Assembly (NCBI GenBank): GCA_964016885.1
Contig: OZ024747.1
Span: 32,488,001-32,552,000 of the forward strand
Direction: 5' to 3'
Length of the DNA: 64,000 nt
DNA from: Eledone cirrhosa
Lineage: Eukaryota
Made by a program: the position numbers and the translations under genes. This document shows positions 52,479 to 64,000 of the stretch, one piece after another. The notes beneath the pieces are model-generated. The model made no database searches and was not told where the DNA came from. It saw only the letters and a program-made list of their open reading frames with translations. Numbering within the stretch: the stretch's first letter is position 1; the number at the start of each line of letters is the position of its first letter.

Positions 52479-55120
52479 TAGCTTTAGGAAGGTCCCGGCC
52501 CTGAGGTGTCTACATGTCCCGAAGAAGTCGGTTCTGAGGTTTATCAGGCGGCTTCCACCTCTTAGTATCTCTTAGTTTGCATATGCCAGATCCCCCTTTA
52601 TCAGGTGGTACTTTCCTGATTATGGACCAGGCCAGAGAGTACGAGGTCCTGTCCAGCTTAAGCTTCCAGATCAGGTTGAAAAGAGCCGTACTTTTCTTTT
52701 TGACCTCCTTAATGAAGGAATGGCGATGGTTATACCAACGGTCTTTAAAGCTCGTTGATGTGGCTCCTATGTAGAGGTGTTCGGAGTTGGAGGTTTTAAC
52801 TCTACATCCGTATTTTTGGTTCTTCCTAAAGCATTCATTACTAAGGGGGCATGATTCGGGGTTTCTGAAGTTGCAGAGGGTGGTCGACTTCTGCGTGCCT
52901 AGTGTGGGGTTCCCGTTACGTGTTACATGATGGTCTTCCCCTGGGCCCGATGGGGGGTCCCCGGGTCTGTTTTAGTTTCTCGGCTGGGCACTGGGTTCGC
53001 CCTTCTCTCCTTCCACCTGGTTCTACTGGGTGCTTATATTGCCATCTTCTGGTTGTGTGTGGTTTTTAAGCCTACTCCTGTTGATGCTAGCTATGTATTG
53101 GGCCATATTTCTCGTGGTGGAATACGAAAGCTTCACAGTGTGTCTGTTGAAGATCTTGTGGTATCTATGGTCCCTCGGAAAGCATTTATCAAGTGCTCCA
53201 AAGAATGATCGGGCCAAGCTGTTCTTTAGGGCCGCTGAGTAGGGTGGGTTGTACCACGTGATTTTTCTGCGTCTACTCCTATATGGGTGGGTTGAGGGCG
53301 TCGTGAGTTGTTGGAGAGTTGTTGGGTTGCTGGTGGTTCCTGCATTGTTACTTCCCCTTTGGGCGCTATGCGTTTTGCTATCTTCTCGGCCCGAATCCTT
53401 GGGGTGGTTGTTGCCCGCGCTGGGAGATCCACAGTGGGGTGTTCCCCCGTTACCTCCCCCCCATGTGTCTTGCGGTTGGGGTCGTCTGGCCCGGGGTGGT
53501 TAGCATCATCCCTGAGACTGCTACTCGTATTGGGTTTATGCACATGGTTAAGCGTACTCGTCACCATCGCACGTGTGGTGGTGTCGGGCTCATGGTGCTT
53601 ATTTGTTTCTGTTCTGCCTGTATTGTTAGGGTTTGGCCCCTCCCGGACAACGCGGATGGGGTGTCCGTTGGGCCATCCCCACCCCGGCGTCTCCGACTAT
53701 ATGCTATATTTTGGCCATGTGCCGCCTTATTTAGAGCTGCGTTGTAATATTCCGTGTTGCTCTCGAAGATTTCCTTATTTGCGGACAGGCTGGAGATCCT
53801 GTCCGAGACACTCTTCACCACGGCCTTGGTTATGGATCTAGGGTGGTTTGACTTGGCGTTAACATACACAAGTTTCTCGTTGGACTTGTGGCAGGGGTAG
53901 TATTGCTCGGTGTTCAGGTTTAGGGTGGTGTCTAGGAAGTTAACTACCTTTCTATTTGGGTCTAGTTCGATACTGAGCCCCTGGTTCATAAAGAAATGGC
54001 GAATACGCCTCTTCATTCTCTCCACCATAGTGGTGTTGTGGTCATTTACTGTGAAGAGAGCATCGTCACGATATAATCCGCCGCCCAGGTAGTGGATTTC
54101 ATCTTTTATCTACTTCAGCAGGAAGAGCCCAACCAGGTCCGTTACCTGTGCTGAGTCACTGGAGCCCATCGTGATGTCAAAGTTATTTGGCCAATCACTC
54201 CTGGTCTAAAGGTATCCATCGAAACGGATTAAGGTCTTTCTTGTGGCGTGGATGATGCTCACCTCCTCTCGGGTTAGGTCCGTATTGGACATCGCTAAAA
54301 ATAGGGCCTTGTTGAGTACTATTGGGGAGATTGGGGAGTAATAGCCTGCGATATCCAGTTGGATAAAGCTGGTCTTACTTTTCTCAAGTAGTGTCTTAAA
54401 CCATTCAATTACCTCTCCCGTGCATGACCATTGCTGTAATCTAGTTTTTTTCCGAAGCTTGGGCAAAATCCTATCTAGTATTCTTTTACTGGCGATCCCT
54501 AGGTCAGATCTGGAGGAGACTATTAGTCTAACTAGGAGGTCGGACTCAAAGTTTTGCTTGTGATCTTTAAGGGTAATCCGCGGCACCCTTGGTTGGTATG
54601 GGGCCGTCTTGTCCGCTATGCTGAGTCCAGATATAATCCTGTAAGCTGTGGCGTTGATCTCATCCAGGGTATATCGAGGTGTTTTTTTGTAGCACTTCCT
54701 CAGTTCCCTGAGAATTATCTTATTATACAGTTCAGTGTCCAAGTTGTAGGGGTTGCTGGTTTTGTCAGCATGGACAAGTATTCCAGTTGTCTTTTAAGTA
54801 TTGTAATCCGGTTTCCCATGTGTCTGAGGTACTCCTGACTTCTGGGTGGGTTTCCGGAGAATTTGAGGTTGCATATAATGTTGATCATCTCGTTTTCAAA
54901 CTCCTCAATTAGTCTGTTGTGGGGGGAGGGGGGATTCCTCCTTGATCGAAAAAGGTACTCCATGTTTTGTGTGTTGGTAATTTTAGGCGTTCCTCTTTGA
55001 AAGTGGAACGCCTTCCATCTCATCCTACGGACGATGGAGTCCGTACTCCTGATGAGATCACTGGTGTATTCTCGTTTGGGGATGTCCTTCAGTGACGCTA
55101 TGGTTGCCAGTTTTTCTATA
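52479..55120 (-). pseudogene. Penelope RT plus GIY-YIG polyprotein, frameshifted
   Basis: SLKDIP, RMRWKAFHF, DKT, ITLKDHK, FIQLDI, FDITMG, GGLYRDDAL, VNFLDTTLNL, YVNAKSNHP, WYNPP, YIGATSTSFKDRWYNH, CRH. Confidence 0.92.
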
Positions 55121-55323
55121 GTGGCTTAAGTCCGCTACTGTTTGAAGCGCTCAACCCGTGGAGGAGTTAGATAAATTTTGAGTATATGTTGGTTGTATAA
55201 CAACACCCCAGTATGCAGATTGGAGCACTCGACGAAGTGCGCAGGTTGGTTTCTTTACTGCGGAGTAATGTAAAATAAACTAAAATAAATAAGTCAAATA
55301 TTTAAAATTTGGCTTCGTTTATT

Positions 55324-55378
55324 ACTGCTATATATATTTCGGTGACAGCCACCTTTGGCTGTGACCTCTTCAGGCAGT
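55324..55378 (-). ncRNA. Type I hammerhead ribozyme in 5' pseudo-LTR
   Basis: Same sequence as 50940-50994, 4384 bp away. Confidence 0.88.
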
Positions 55379-55790
55379 CCGAATTAGTGTGGTAGTGACG
55401 AGTACACATGTTGTTGAGGTGTTTAACGTTGTCAATACTCTGATATGCCCAGTTCCTGGTTGGGTTGTTATTTCACTGAGGAACTGGAATCATATGAATT
55501 TAAATATACGAATTTCAGCGTCAGAGGACATCCTCTCCTCTCATTGGTCAGTTGTCAGAACATTCCTTAGTCAAAAGTCTATAGAAATTCGTTCTGAGGC
55601 GAGGCAATCTGTAGTAGTTGTTCTTGTTATTGTTAAGTAAATCTGACCTCTACTCTTATGTTGGTAGTGGTGTTGGTGTTGGAGTCAGCTCAAAAATATT
55701 TTATCATTTTTATCATTTTATCATTTTTTTTTAACTGACTCCAACACCATCACCACTACCAACATAAGAGTAGAGGTCAGATTTACTTAC

Positions 55791-55898
55791 AGTTCACAAA
55801 GCAACAGAAGCTATGTTGGTCAAATCTCAATTTGACGATGTAAATTGGAAATATTGGGTTAACCAACGCCCCCCCACACACACACACATATACACACA

Positions 55899-55929
<31 letters not shown>

Positions 55930-57265
55930 GCAAGTAAGTTCAGTTCAGTTCAGTGTTCTGCGATACGTGTATAGATCGAATTGTAACACCCATATCTTCA
56001 AGTGTATGTTATGGTATATACACATCCGAATCGTTCAAAAAAGGGTATGTCCGGGTATATACACATCCATGTGAAGAGCAAGCAATCAGCTCATGTCGAA
56101 CTCCGTGTGTACCGCTGTCCCATTGAGAATCCGTGTCACCAAATCCGTGCGTGCAAGCAACCTCAATGTAGGCCAACAAAGGGCACTGTGTAGGGTTGGG
56201 TATTGGGTAAATGCGTCCGCAAGTGCGATTCCGCGTCATTTGGGACAATGAGCTTTTAAGATAGTTGTTTCAGTGGTGGAGGTGTGTTATCCAACACAAA
56301 AGGTGAAGTAAGAAAACACAGGAGAGTAAAATCCAAAGGATGTGTGTAGGCCCATTAATGGTGAGTCAGTATTATTGTTCAATCCGTAACAGTGAGTCCT
56401 CCATGGTTAGATGATCACGCATCAAAACCTGGTGTAGTGTTCAGTCGGTAGGGACGTGACAGTCGTAATTATGGGAGCTCAATGTCTAAAGGAAACGGGT
56501 ACTGTGTGTAGAGCTATGTATAGGGAGGGTAATCGGTCCTAACTAAGTGTGTAATCAATCTAACTATTTACTAGTTAGGTATTCTAAAAGAGAGCACTCA
56601 GCTGTGAGAACTCCGTGGAAACAGGCCGAGTATCGTTTGTAAGTGCACAAACAATCTTAGCCGTCTAACTACCTAAGTGTGTGACTGTCCGTTTATTGAG
56701 AGAACTCTATGGCTAAAGTAGAGAGAGGGGAGTTATTGGTAGGTTACCTTCCAAACATCCTGCGGAAGGTTTTCGAGGTTCTATGTTGGCAGTTGCTGAA
56801 AAAATCCGCTCTCCTATTAATTAATAGGGGGCCGCCTCTAATAATATTAAAAGTTTCAGCTATACATAAATTGCAGACGCCAGTGCTGCCGTTATAAGGT
56901 TGGGCTGAGCAAACTATGGACCAGGATAAGGAGTGCTCTATATTCTGATGTTTAAGCTTCCAGACTAATTCCGAAAGTGCCGTGCTATTTTTTTAATCTA
57001 ATATATGGCTGTGATTATACCATCTATCCTTAAATTAAGGTTACCTTTAGAGTCCGCTGGCGTTACGTTGCTCAGACCCAGTGTTAGTACCTGGGTGGCT
57101 GTTTCTATTGGTACCAACAGCATTGGGACTAGGCGGCAGTACAACATGAAGACTATATGAATCCTCCCTCGTATCCCGCCTGCTGTTAACTAGAGTGTCA
57201 CTATTTAGGCCTAAGCTATCGCGGGCAATGTTGCTTCTACTATTTATTGGACGTTTGAATGAGAT
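55791..57265 (-). mobile_element. Inverted, internally deleted duplicate of the Penelope fragment at 57329-59548
   Basis: 55791-57036 is the reverse complement of 58355-59548; 57033-57265 is the reverse complement of 57329-57555. Confidence 0.95.
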
Positions 57266-57328
57266 TCCCTCGCTATGCCCTGCGCGTTCCAGGGCGCTAT
57301 TATAGTAATTCGATATTTTATTAAAGGT

Positions 57329-59915
57329 ATCTCATTCAAACGTCCATTAAATAGTAGAAGCAACATTGCCCGCAATAGCTTAGGCCTAAATAGTGACACT
57401 CTAGTTAACAGCAGGCGGGATACGAGCGAGGATTCATATAGTCTTCATGTTGTACTGCCGCCTAGTCCCAATGCTGTTGGTACCAATAGAAACAGCCACT
57501 AACACTGGGTCTGAGCATCGTAACGCCAGCGGAAACTCTAATGGTAACCTTAATTGTGGAACCGATAAAACTACCGTTGAATGCAGTATGGAACGAGGGT
57601 CGAGTAAGGGGAATAGGGACAGGTGTAGCAGACGCTTAGTGGATACAACCCCGGCTATCGAGGGTAACCTCAATGGCCGCACAGGGTGTACACCGCCCTG
57701 GAGACTTGGGACGATTCCGAACACAATCGTGACACCCCAGGACACCATCGACCCACAGGAAATTTCCAGTTATAATAGACCAGTAACTACTAGGGAGACA
57801 GGTAATTCTAATATAGTTAGTAGGAACAAGAGGCATCGGACCAGAAACGTCCTGTGGTATAATCCCCCTTACTCCACTGGCCTGACCACTAGTATAGATA
57901 AGCTTTTCTTTAGGGCCTTAGACAAATGCTTCTTAGATCGCACAGATATTATAAAATATTCAATAGAAATACCATCAAGCTGTCCTGCTCCACAACTAGT
58001 AATATAGCTCAGAATATAGCTAAGATGAATTATAGTAGACTTAAGACAGCCCATGAGATAATTAGGCATGGCAGGAACAATGGCAGCTCTATTGAGGAAC
58101 TGACTCATACACGTGAGGCGAGTCGCGTCTCCCCAACCCCAGGGAATTTATCCATAGAGCAGATTGGAACTGAGACCCGACCCCAAAGGTACCGTGGTCC
58201 ATCTGGAACTACCCAGGTCGATAGCAAAAAATGTAACTGCAGAACACCGCCACCTGCTCCATGGCTGGGAAATGCCTTACCAAAAACATAGTCTACGACT
58301 GTAAGGTCTCCACTCCTGATAGAACCTTTAGGTATGTTGGGGCAACTCCCAGGGAATTTAAGGATAGATGGTATATTCACCGCCATAGATTAGATAAAAT
58401 AAATAGCACGGCACTTTCGGAATTAGTCTGGAAGCTTAAACATCAGAATATAGAGCACTCCCTATCCTGGTCCATAATTTGCTCAGCCCAACCTTATAAC
58501 GGCAGCATTGGCGTCTGCAATTTATATATAGCTGAAACTTTTAATATTATTAGAGGCGGCCACCTATTAATTAATAAGAGAGCAGATTTTTTCAGCAGCT
58601 GCCAACATAGAACCTCGAAAACCTTCCGCGGGATTTTTGGAAGGTAACCTACCAATAATTCCACCCTCTCTACTTTAGCCATAGAGTTCTCTCAATAAAC
58701 GGACAGTCACACACTTAGGTAGTTAGACGGCTAAGATTGTTTGCGCACTTACAAACGATACTCGGCCTTTTCCCACGGTGTTCTCACTGCTGAGTGCTCT
58801 CTTTTAGAATACCTAACTAGTAAATAGTTAGATTGATTACACACTTAGTTAGGACCGATTACGCTCTCTATACATAGCTCTACACACAGTACCCGTTTCC
58901 TTTAGACATTGAGCTCACGACTGTCATGTCCCTACCGACTGAACACTACACCAGGTTTTGATGCGTGATCATCTAACCATGGAGGACTCACTGTTACGGA
59001 TTGAACAATAATACTGACTCACCATTAATGGGCCTACACACATCCTTTGGATTTTACTCTCCTGTGTTTTCTTACTTCACCTTCTGTGTTGGATAACACA
59101 CCTCCACCACTGAAACAACTATCTTAAAAGCTCATTGGCCCATATGACGGGAAATCGCACTTGCGGACGCATTTACCCAATACCCAACCCTACACGGAGC
59201 CCTTTGCTGGCCTACATTGCGGTTGTTTGCACGCACGGATTTGGTGACACGGATTCTCAATGGGACAGCGGTACACACGGAGTCCGACATGAGCTGATTG
59301 CTTGCTCTTCACATGGATGTGTATATACCTGGACATACCCTTTTTTGGACGATTCGGATACCATAACATACACTTGAAGATATGGATGTTACAATTCGAT
59401 CTATACACGTATCGCAGAACACTGAACTGAACTTACTTGCGTGTGTGTATGTGTGTGTGTATGTGTGGGGCGTTGGTTAACCCAATATTTCCAATTTACA
59501 TCGTCAAATTGATATTTGACCAACATAGCTTCTGTTGCTTTGTGAACTAACTTTCGGTGAGTGCTGTGTTGGTACTTTCCTATATTTTTTTAATTATATT
59601 TATTTTATTATATATATATATATATGCAGAGGTTATATTTAATTTGTTGGAATTCAACAAGCTTAAACATTTTTATAACTCATATAAAGCACTCAACAGT
59701 AACTTACTCATAACTTTGATTCACCCTCAATAAAATATTTTTACCCCTATTCAGCGAACCTCAACCGTTAAGGTTGTCTTTATGCGGGTATGTAAAACAA
59801 ATTTGTATTTTATCTGATGAAAGCTCACCAAAATTTGCCTTGGTTGCCCTTGAAATATATATAATAAAATAATTATCGTTTTATAAATATAGTTTCCATT
59901 TATTAATATATTGTA
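57329..59915 (+). mobile_element. 5'-truncated Penelope-like element (Naiad-like): linker, GIY-YIG, 3' UTR and terminal HHR
   Basis: RNVLWYNPPYS, KLSCSTTSN, KCNCR, IVY...YVGAT, FKDRWYIH, CNL.IAE, SCQHR; same layout as 21111-23222; ends at (TA)n. Confidence 0.88.
59806..59871 (+). ncRNA. Type I hammerhead ribozyme
   Basis: TATTTTAT CTGATGA AAG..ACCAA...TTGGT..CTT GAAA TATATATA ATAAAATA; perfect 8-bp stem I. Confidence 0.82.
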
Positions 59916-59979
<64 letters not shown>

Positions 59980-59983
59980 TATA

Positions 59984-60936
59984 TTAATACATTAACAGAG
60001 AAAGCTTTAAGCAATACTCCGACCGGCTTCCGTCTCACTCAACAAACATTAGGATATACCTTAGTATAATCCCAATTATACGTTTGGGGTGCTAACTATA
60101 CGTATTTTGAAGATAGCCAGTTGTATTATTTTATATGAGACATAATTAAATACACCTCTTTCCAAACGATCGTTTCATTATAATTTTTCTACAAATTGGG
60201 AAAATAATGTCCAGGTTATGTAGAAGCCTACACATAGTCCATAGGAATATATGTAGGTGGGCGTTTATAAATCATCAGTGGATGCCCGACAATATCGATA
60301 TAAAAAAAAAACACCTTACCGATATTAATATTCAGCGATGGTACCCGTCAGTGTTAGATTGACCGCCAAATTTGAAATTCCAGCATCTCACAATGAGAAA
60401 TCTCACACCGTCACCAAGCGGGAAGGGGACGTCATCGCAAAACATAAAAGAATAAAATAATATGCACGCAAGTCAATTAATTGTTTCAATAATTTTAACC
60501 ATGCGTGAAGAACTCAATTGGATATAAAAAAAAAAAAATATATGCATGTATTATTTATACACGCATATAGGTATTTTCTTAGGCTAAACACAGAGACAAG
60601 ATACCGGAAAAACAATCAATATTTCATACAAAGAATAAATACAGAAAGTCATACCTAAAAAGTATCTGGAAATATTCATCTCTGGCCAAATCAAGAGTAT
60701 AATATTTAATACATTAACAGAGAAAGCTTTAAGTAATACTCCGACCGGCTTCCGTCTCACTCAACAAACATTAGGATATACCTTAGTATAATCCCAATTA
60801 TACGTTTGGGGTGCTAACTATACGTATTTTGCGGATAGCCAGTTGTATTATTTTATATTATTAAATACATCTCTCTTTCCAAACGATCGTTTCATTATAA
60901 GTGTTCTACAAATTAGGAAAATAATGTCCAGGTTAT
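59984..60936 (-). mobile_element. Retrozyme-like non-coding element, 722-nt unit with about 235-bp terminal redundancy, between (TA)n tracts
   Basis: 59984-60219 is repeated at 60706-60936; HHR at 60161-60282; diverged relative at 46975-47130 plus 49506-49830. Confidence 0.7.
60161..60282 (-). ncRNA. Type I hammerhead with enlarged branched stem II
   Basis: TCCA CTGATGA tTTATAA...[CCTACATA/TGTGTAGG][TTCTACA/TGTAGAA]...TTATAAt GAAA CGATCG TT TGGA. Confidence 0.78.
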
Positions 60937-60959
60937 ATATATATATATATATTTACATA

Positions 60960-61099
<140 letters not shown>

Positions 61100-61136
61100 C
61101 ATATATATATATATATACATACATATATATATATAT

Positions 61137-61293
<157 letters not shown>

Positions 61294-61368
61294 TACACCA
61301 TATTTATATATATATAAATTAATAAAAATAATGAATAAACAAAGAAACAGTTCCTTATATTAAAAAAT

Positions 61369-61508
61369 TCATCATTTTACGATCGTTTCTAGGATATATA
61401 TGTGTTAGTGTTGGTATCCATATCATATAGATCTATGTAAAATGCTTACAAACTATCAGAAGGAATATACATACCTACACATATATATGCTGTCTTCAGA
61501 AATAATGA
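61369..61508 (-). ncRNA. Type I hammerhead with long stem II
   Basis: TCATTATTT CTGAAGA cagc ATATATATGTGT...ACACATATATAT ccta GAAA CGATCG TA AAATGATGA: 9-bp stem I, 12-bp stem II helix, palindromic stem III. Confidence 0.7.
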
Positions 61509-61870
61509 TATTTGTTTATTGAAAAAAACCAACAAAGATTTAATACAATAGGTCTGTTTGGGAACAGGTTTTGAATTGACCAATAGAAAGATAGTGAAGG
61601 TCAAGATGGTAAAATATTAGTAATAGAGCATTGATTTAGGGGTAGAGGAAGGTAGATTTCAGTTTTGGATGGAAAGAATACTATGAATGAAAGATTATTT
61701 TAGGGATGAAAATAGGTCATATGCTGTCTTCAGAATTAATTATATTTGTTCAATGAATAAAACCAACAAAAAATTTTTTTGAATACATCTCTTTTCATGA
61801 TATTCGGATTACATTGAGTTCTTCATACGGATTGGACACTACCGTACATTTTGGTAGATTTATCTATCTA

Positions 61871-61904
<34 letters not shown>

Positions 61905-62366
61905 TTGGCTAGAGATTTAAGACGCTGGTTTGAGACCTTTACTTCCCCCCGAAGAAGAGATATTATCTCGAAAATTAAGGACATTTAAATAAATTCAAGG
62001 TGAAAGACAAATTCTCAACAATATCTTTTACTATTGCATTCTTTTTTCTATGTCCATACCTGCATTGTTTTGGCCTTATTACACATATTCAAACGTTTAT
62101 ATATATATATATATATATACTTTATTTCACGTTGCTCCAGTTTGCTCAGCTGTAGAAATGAGATGAAGAGGTACCGGCCCGCACGCCCAGCCAGTGCGAT
62201 GCCGTTATCTTATGGCTAAAACAGCATGACGTGCTGTGACCAGTGGCGCCGAATGGACGCCCGACAAACTAGTCGGTCAAGGTGATATATATATATATAT
62301 ATTTGTATATACACTTATATATATGTATATGTATATATATGTTTATATAAAAATATGTATATACAC

Positions 62367-62408
<42 letters not shown>

Positions 62409-62450
62409 GCGTATATATATGTGTATATATGAATATATACTGTATATATT

Positions 62451-62483
<33 letters not shown>

Positions 62484-62700
62484 TAAGTAGCTATAAGAAA
62501 GAAGCTTTTCAGAGCCGTAGAATATAATTGAATAAACAAGAGAGATGAACACTAATATAAACATACATGTATTCGAATCGTAAGGGCTAAAATTTGCTAG
62601 GGTGAAAAAATACTAATTACAGCAATATAGTTTATCCTTAACTTTAAATAAGAAAAATTAAGGAAAATAACAGACCTATATTGGGCAAAAATGCCTGGTA

Positions 62701-62781
62701 ACCACTAGACAGTGTTGGATACTGTTTCACAACGAGTTATTAAGTGAAGTTTTCACGTTTCTCTGCTCCTCAGTAGTTGTT
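62701..62781 (-). ncRNA. Canonical type I hammerhead ribozyme (GUC site)
   Basis: ACTA CTGAGGA GCAG...GTGAA-aac-TTCAC...TTGT GAAA CAGT-atccaac-ACTG TC TAGT. Confidence 0.85.
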
Positions 62782-63225
62782 GAGAAATTAGTGATCCTTT
62801 CACTTCTAAAAATATTAGAAAATGAATTGTGTACAATATGAATTATCGCACGTATCATTTGGAACCCAGCTTGTCTCGAAATTCCCTGCCGTTAAAAATA
62901 GCAGCCTGGTTGACAGGACAATAAAAATTAGCTCTACATGAAGGAGCCGACAAATATATATATTGAGTTAAGAACACAGGGTAGTCTCTTACACGTTACA
63001 ATTAAATAGCTCTAAGAAAGAAGCTTTTCCGAGCTGCACAATACAATTGAATAAACAAGAGAGATGAACACTAATATAAACATACATGTGTTCGAATCGT
63101 AAGGATTAAAATTTGCTAGGGTGGAAAAATAATAATTACACGTGCCAAATGACACGTGCGATAATTCATATCGTACACAATTCAGTTTCTAATATTTTTA
63201 GAAGTGAAAGGATCACTAATTTCTC

Positions 63226-63307
63226 AACAGCTACCGAGGAGCAGAGAAACGTGAAAACTTCACTTAATAAGTCGTTGCGAAATAGTCTCCAACACTGTCT
63301 AGTTGTT
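63226..63307 (+). ncRNA. Type I hammerhead ribozyme, inverted copy
   Basis: AACAGCTA CCGAGGA GCAG...TTGC GAAA TAGT-ctccaac-ACTG TC TAGTTGTT; 8-bp stem I; differences from the other copy mostly keep pairing through G-U. Confidence 0.8.
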
Positions 63308-63496
63308 ACCAGGCATTTTTGCCCAATATAGGTCTGTTATTTTTCTTAATTTAATATTTAAAGTTAAGGATAGCAAACTATATTGCTGTAACTAGTATTT
63401 TTTCACCCTAGCAAATTTTAGTCCTTACGATTCGAACACATGTATGTTTATATTAGTGTTCATCTCTCTTGTTTATTCAATTATATATTCATATAT

Positions 63497-63532
<36 letters not shown>

Positions 63533-64000
63533 GTTATAAACTGAAATGACAGGAGGCTAAATATGCTGAATTTCTTTAATTATTTATTTTGGCAAACACT
63601 ATGCACAAATTCAGTGGCCATGTTGTGTAATAAGCCAGTTACAACTTCAGGTATACAAACGGAAAACTTTCAGGAAAGAAAACAAATGAATTGTGTTTAT
63701 GATTTTGACCCAGAGACGAATGAAGCAACATGCCACTACACTGCCTTGTCATCTCAAAACTTAATCAAAAGTAAAATGCTTAAATTGCTCTAGGTGGGTT
63801 TTATATTTTCTACCTCAAGCTGTTTTTACATGAGCAAAACATTGATAGCATCATTGATTTAATGGCCATTTTATCTGTTAGCAAGGTTTGGACAGGTCTA
63901 CATACACTAAGTCTGTATTCAAGAGGGGCTGCTGATCTGCATAGCTTCAGTTTTGATACTTCTCGACTTTAGCATTAACTTCCCTAGCTTGGATGGCTAC

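Larger units (their letters stand above)
50887..55790 (-). mobile_element. Near full-length Penelope-like element (Naiad-like) with direct pseudo-LTRs and inverted 5' tail
   Basis: Direct repeats 50887-51307 / 55271-55691, each with an HHR; inverted piece 55696-55790; disrupted RT plus GIY-YIG ORF between them; tandem partial repeats at 51320-52250. Confidence 0.93.
62488..63486. mobile_element. Retrozyme-like element: 519-nt unit with terminal redundancy (minus strand) plus an inverted arm
   Basis: Direct repeat 62488-62621 / 63007-63140; inverted repeat 62522-62862 / 63145-63486; flanked by TA-rich tracts. Confidence 0.75.

Noticed and set aside
61943-61982. CCGAAGA-agagat-att-atctc-GAAA-atta minimal HHR-like motif
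   Set aside because: Stem II is good but stem I is mismatched and the spacing is off; possibly decayed.
63563-63793. 76-aa ORF as a possible host exon
   Set aside because: No recognisable domain and weak splice signals; cannot be supported without a homology search.

Overview
AT-rich eukaryotic repeat-dominated DNA. The SINE type and (TA)n abundance suggest an invertebrate, probably a cephalopod such as Octopus (inference). I found no convincing host gene. Bases 1-17207 are a 27-bp satellite array with higher-order blocks; its right flank is homologous to a non-autonomous Helitron family present later in the window. The rest is a mosaic of decayed elements: Penelope-like retroelements (Naiad-like, GIY-YIG), RTE, CR1-group and R4/Dong-like LINE pieces, Deu/Nin-domain SINEs, hAT remnants, a deleted Rep/helicase Helitron and a Helitron nested in another. 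The most unexpected signal is about 14 type I hammerhead ribozyme (HHR) motifs from several unrelated families, all folded by eye. Some lie in Penelope pseudo-LTRs. Others lie in non-coding, terminally redundant 519, 586 and 722 nt units (retrozyme-like) next to (TA)n tracts. Several are arranged as head-to-head fold-back palindromes, and one family has an enlarged, branched stem II with compensatory changes between copies.
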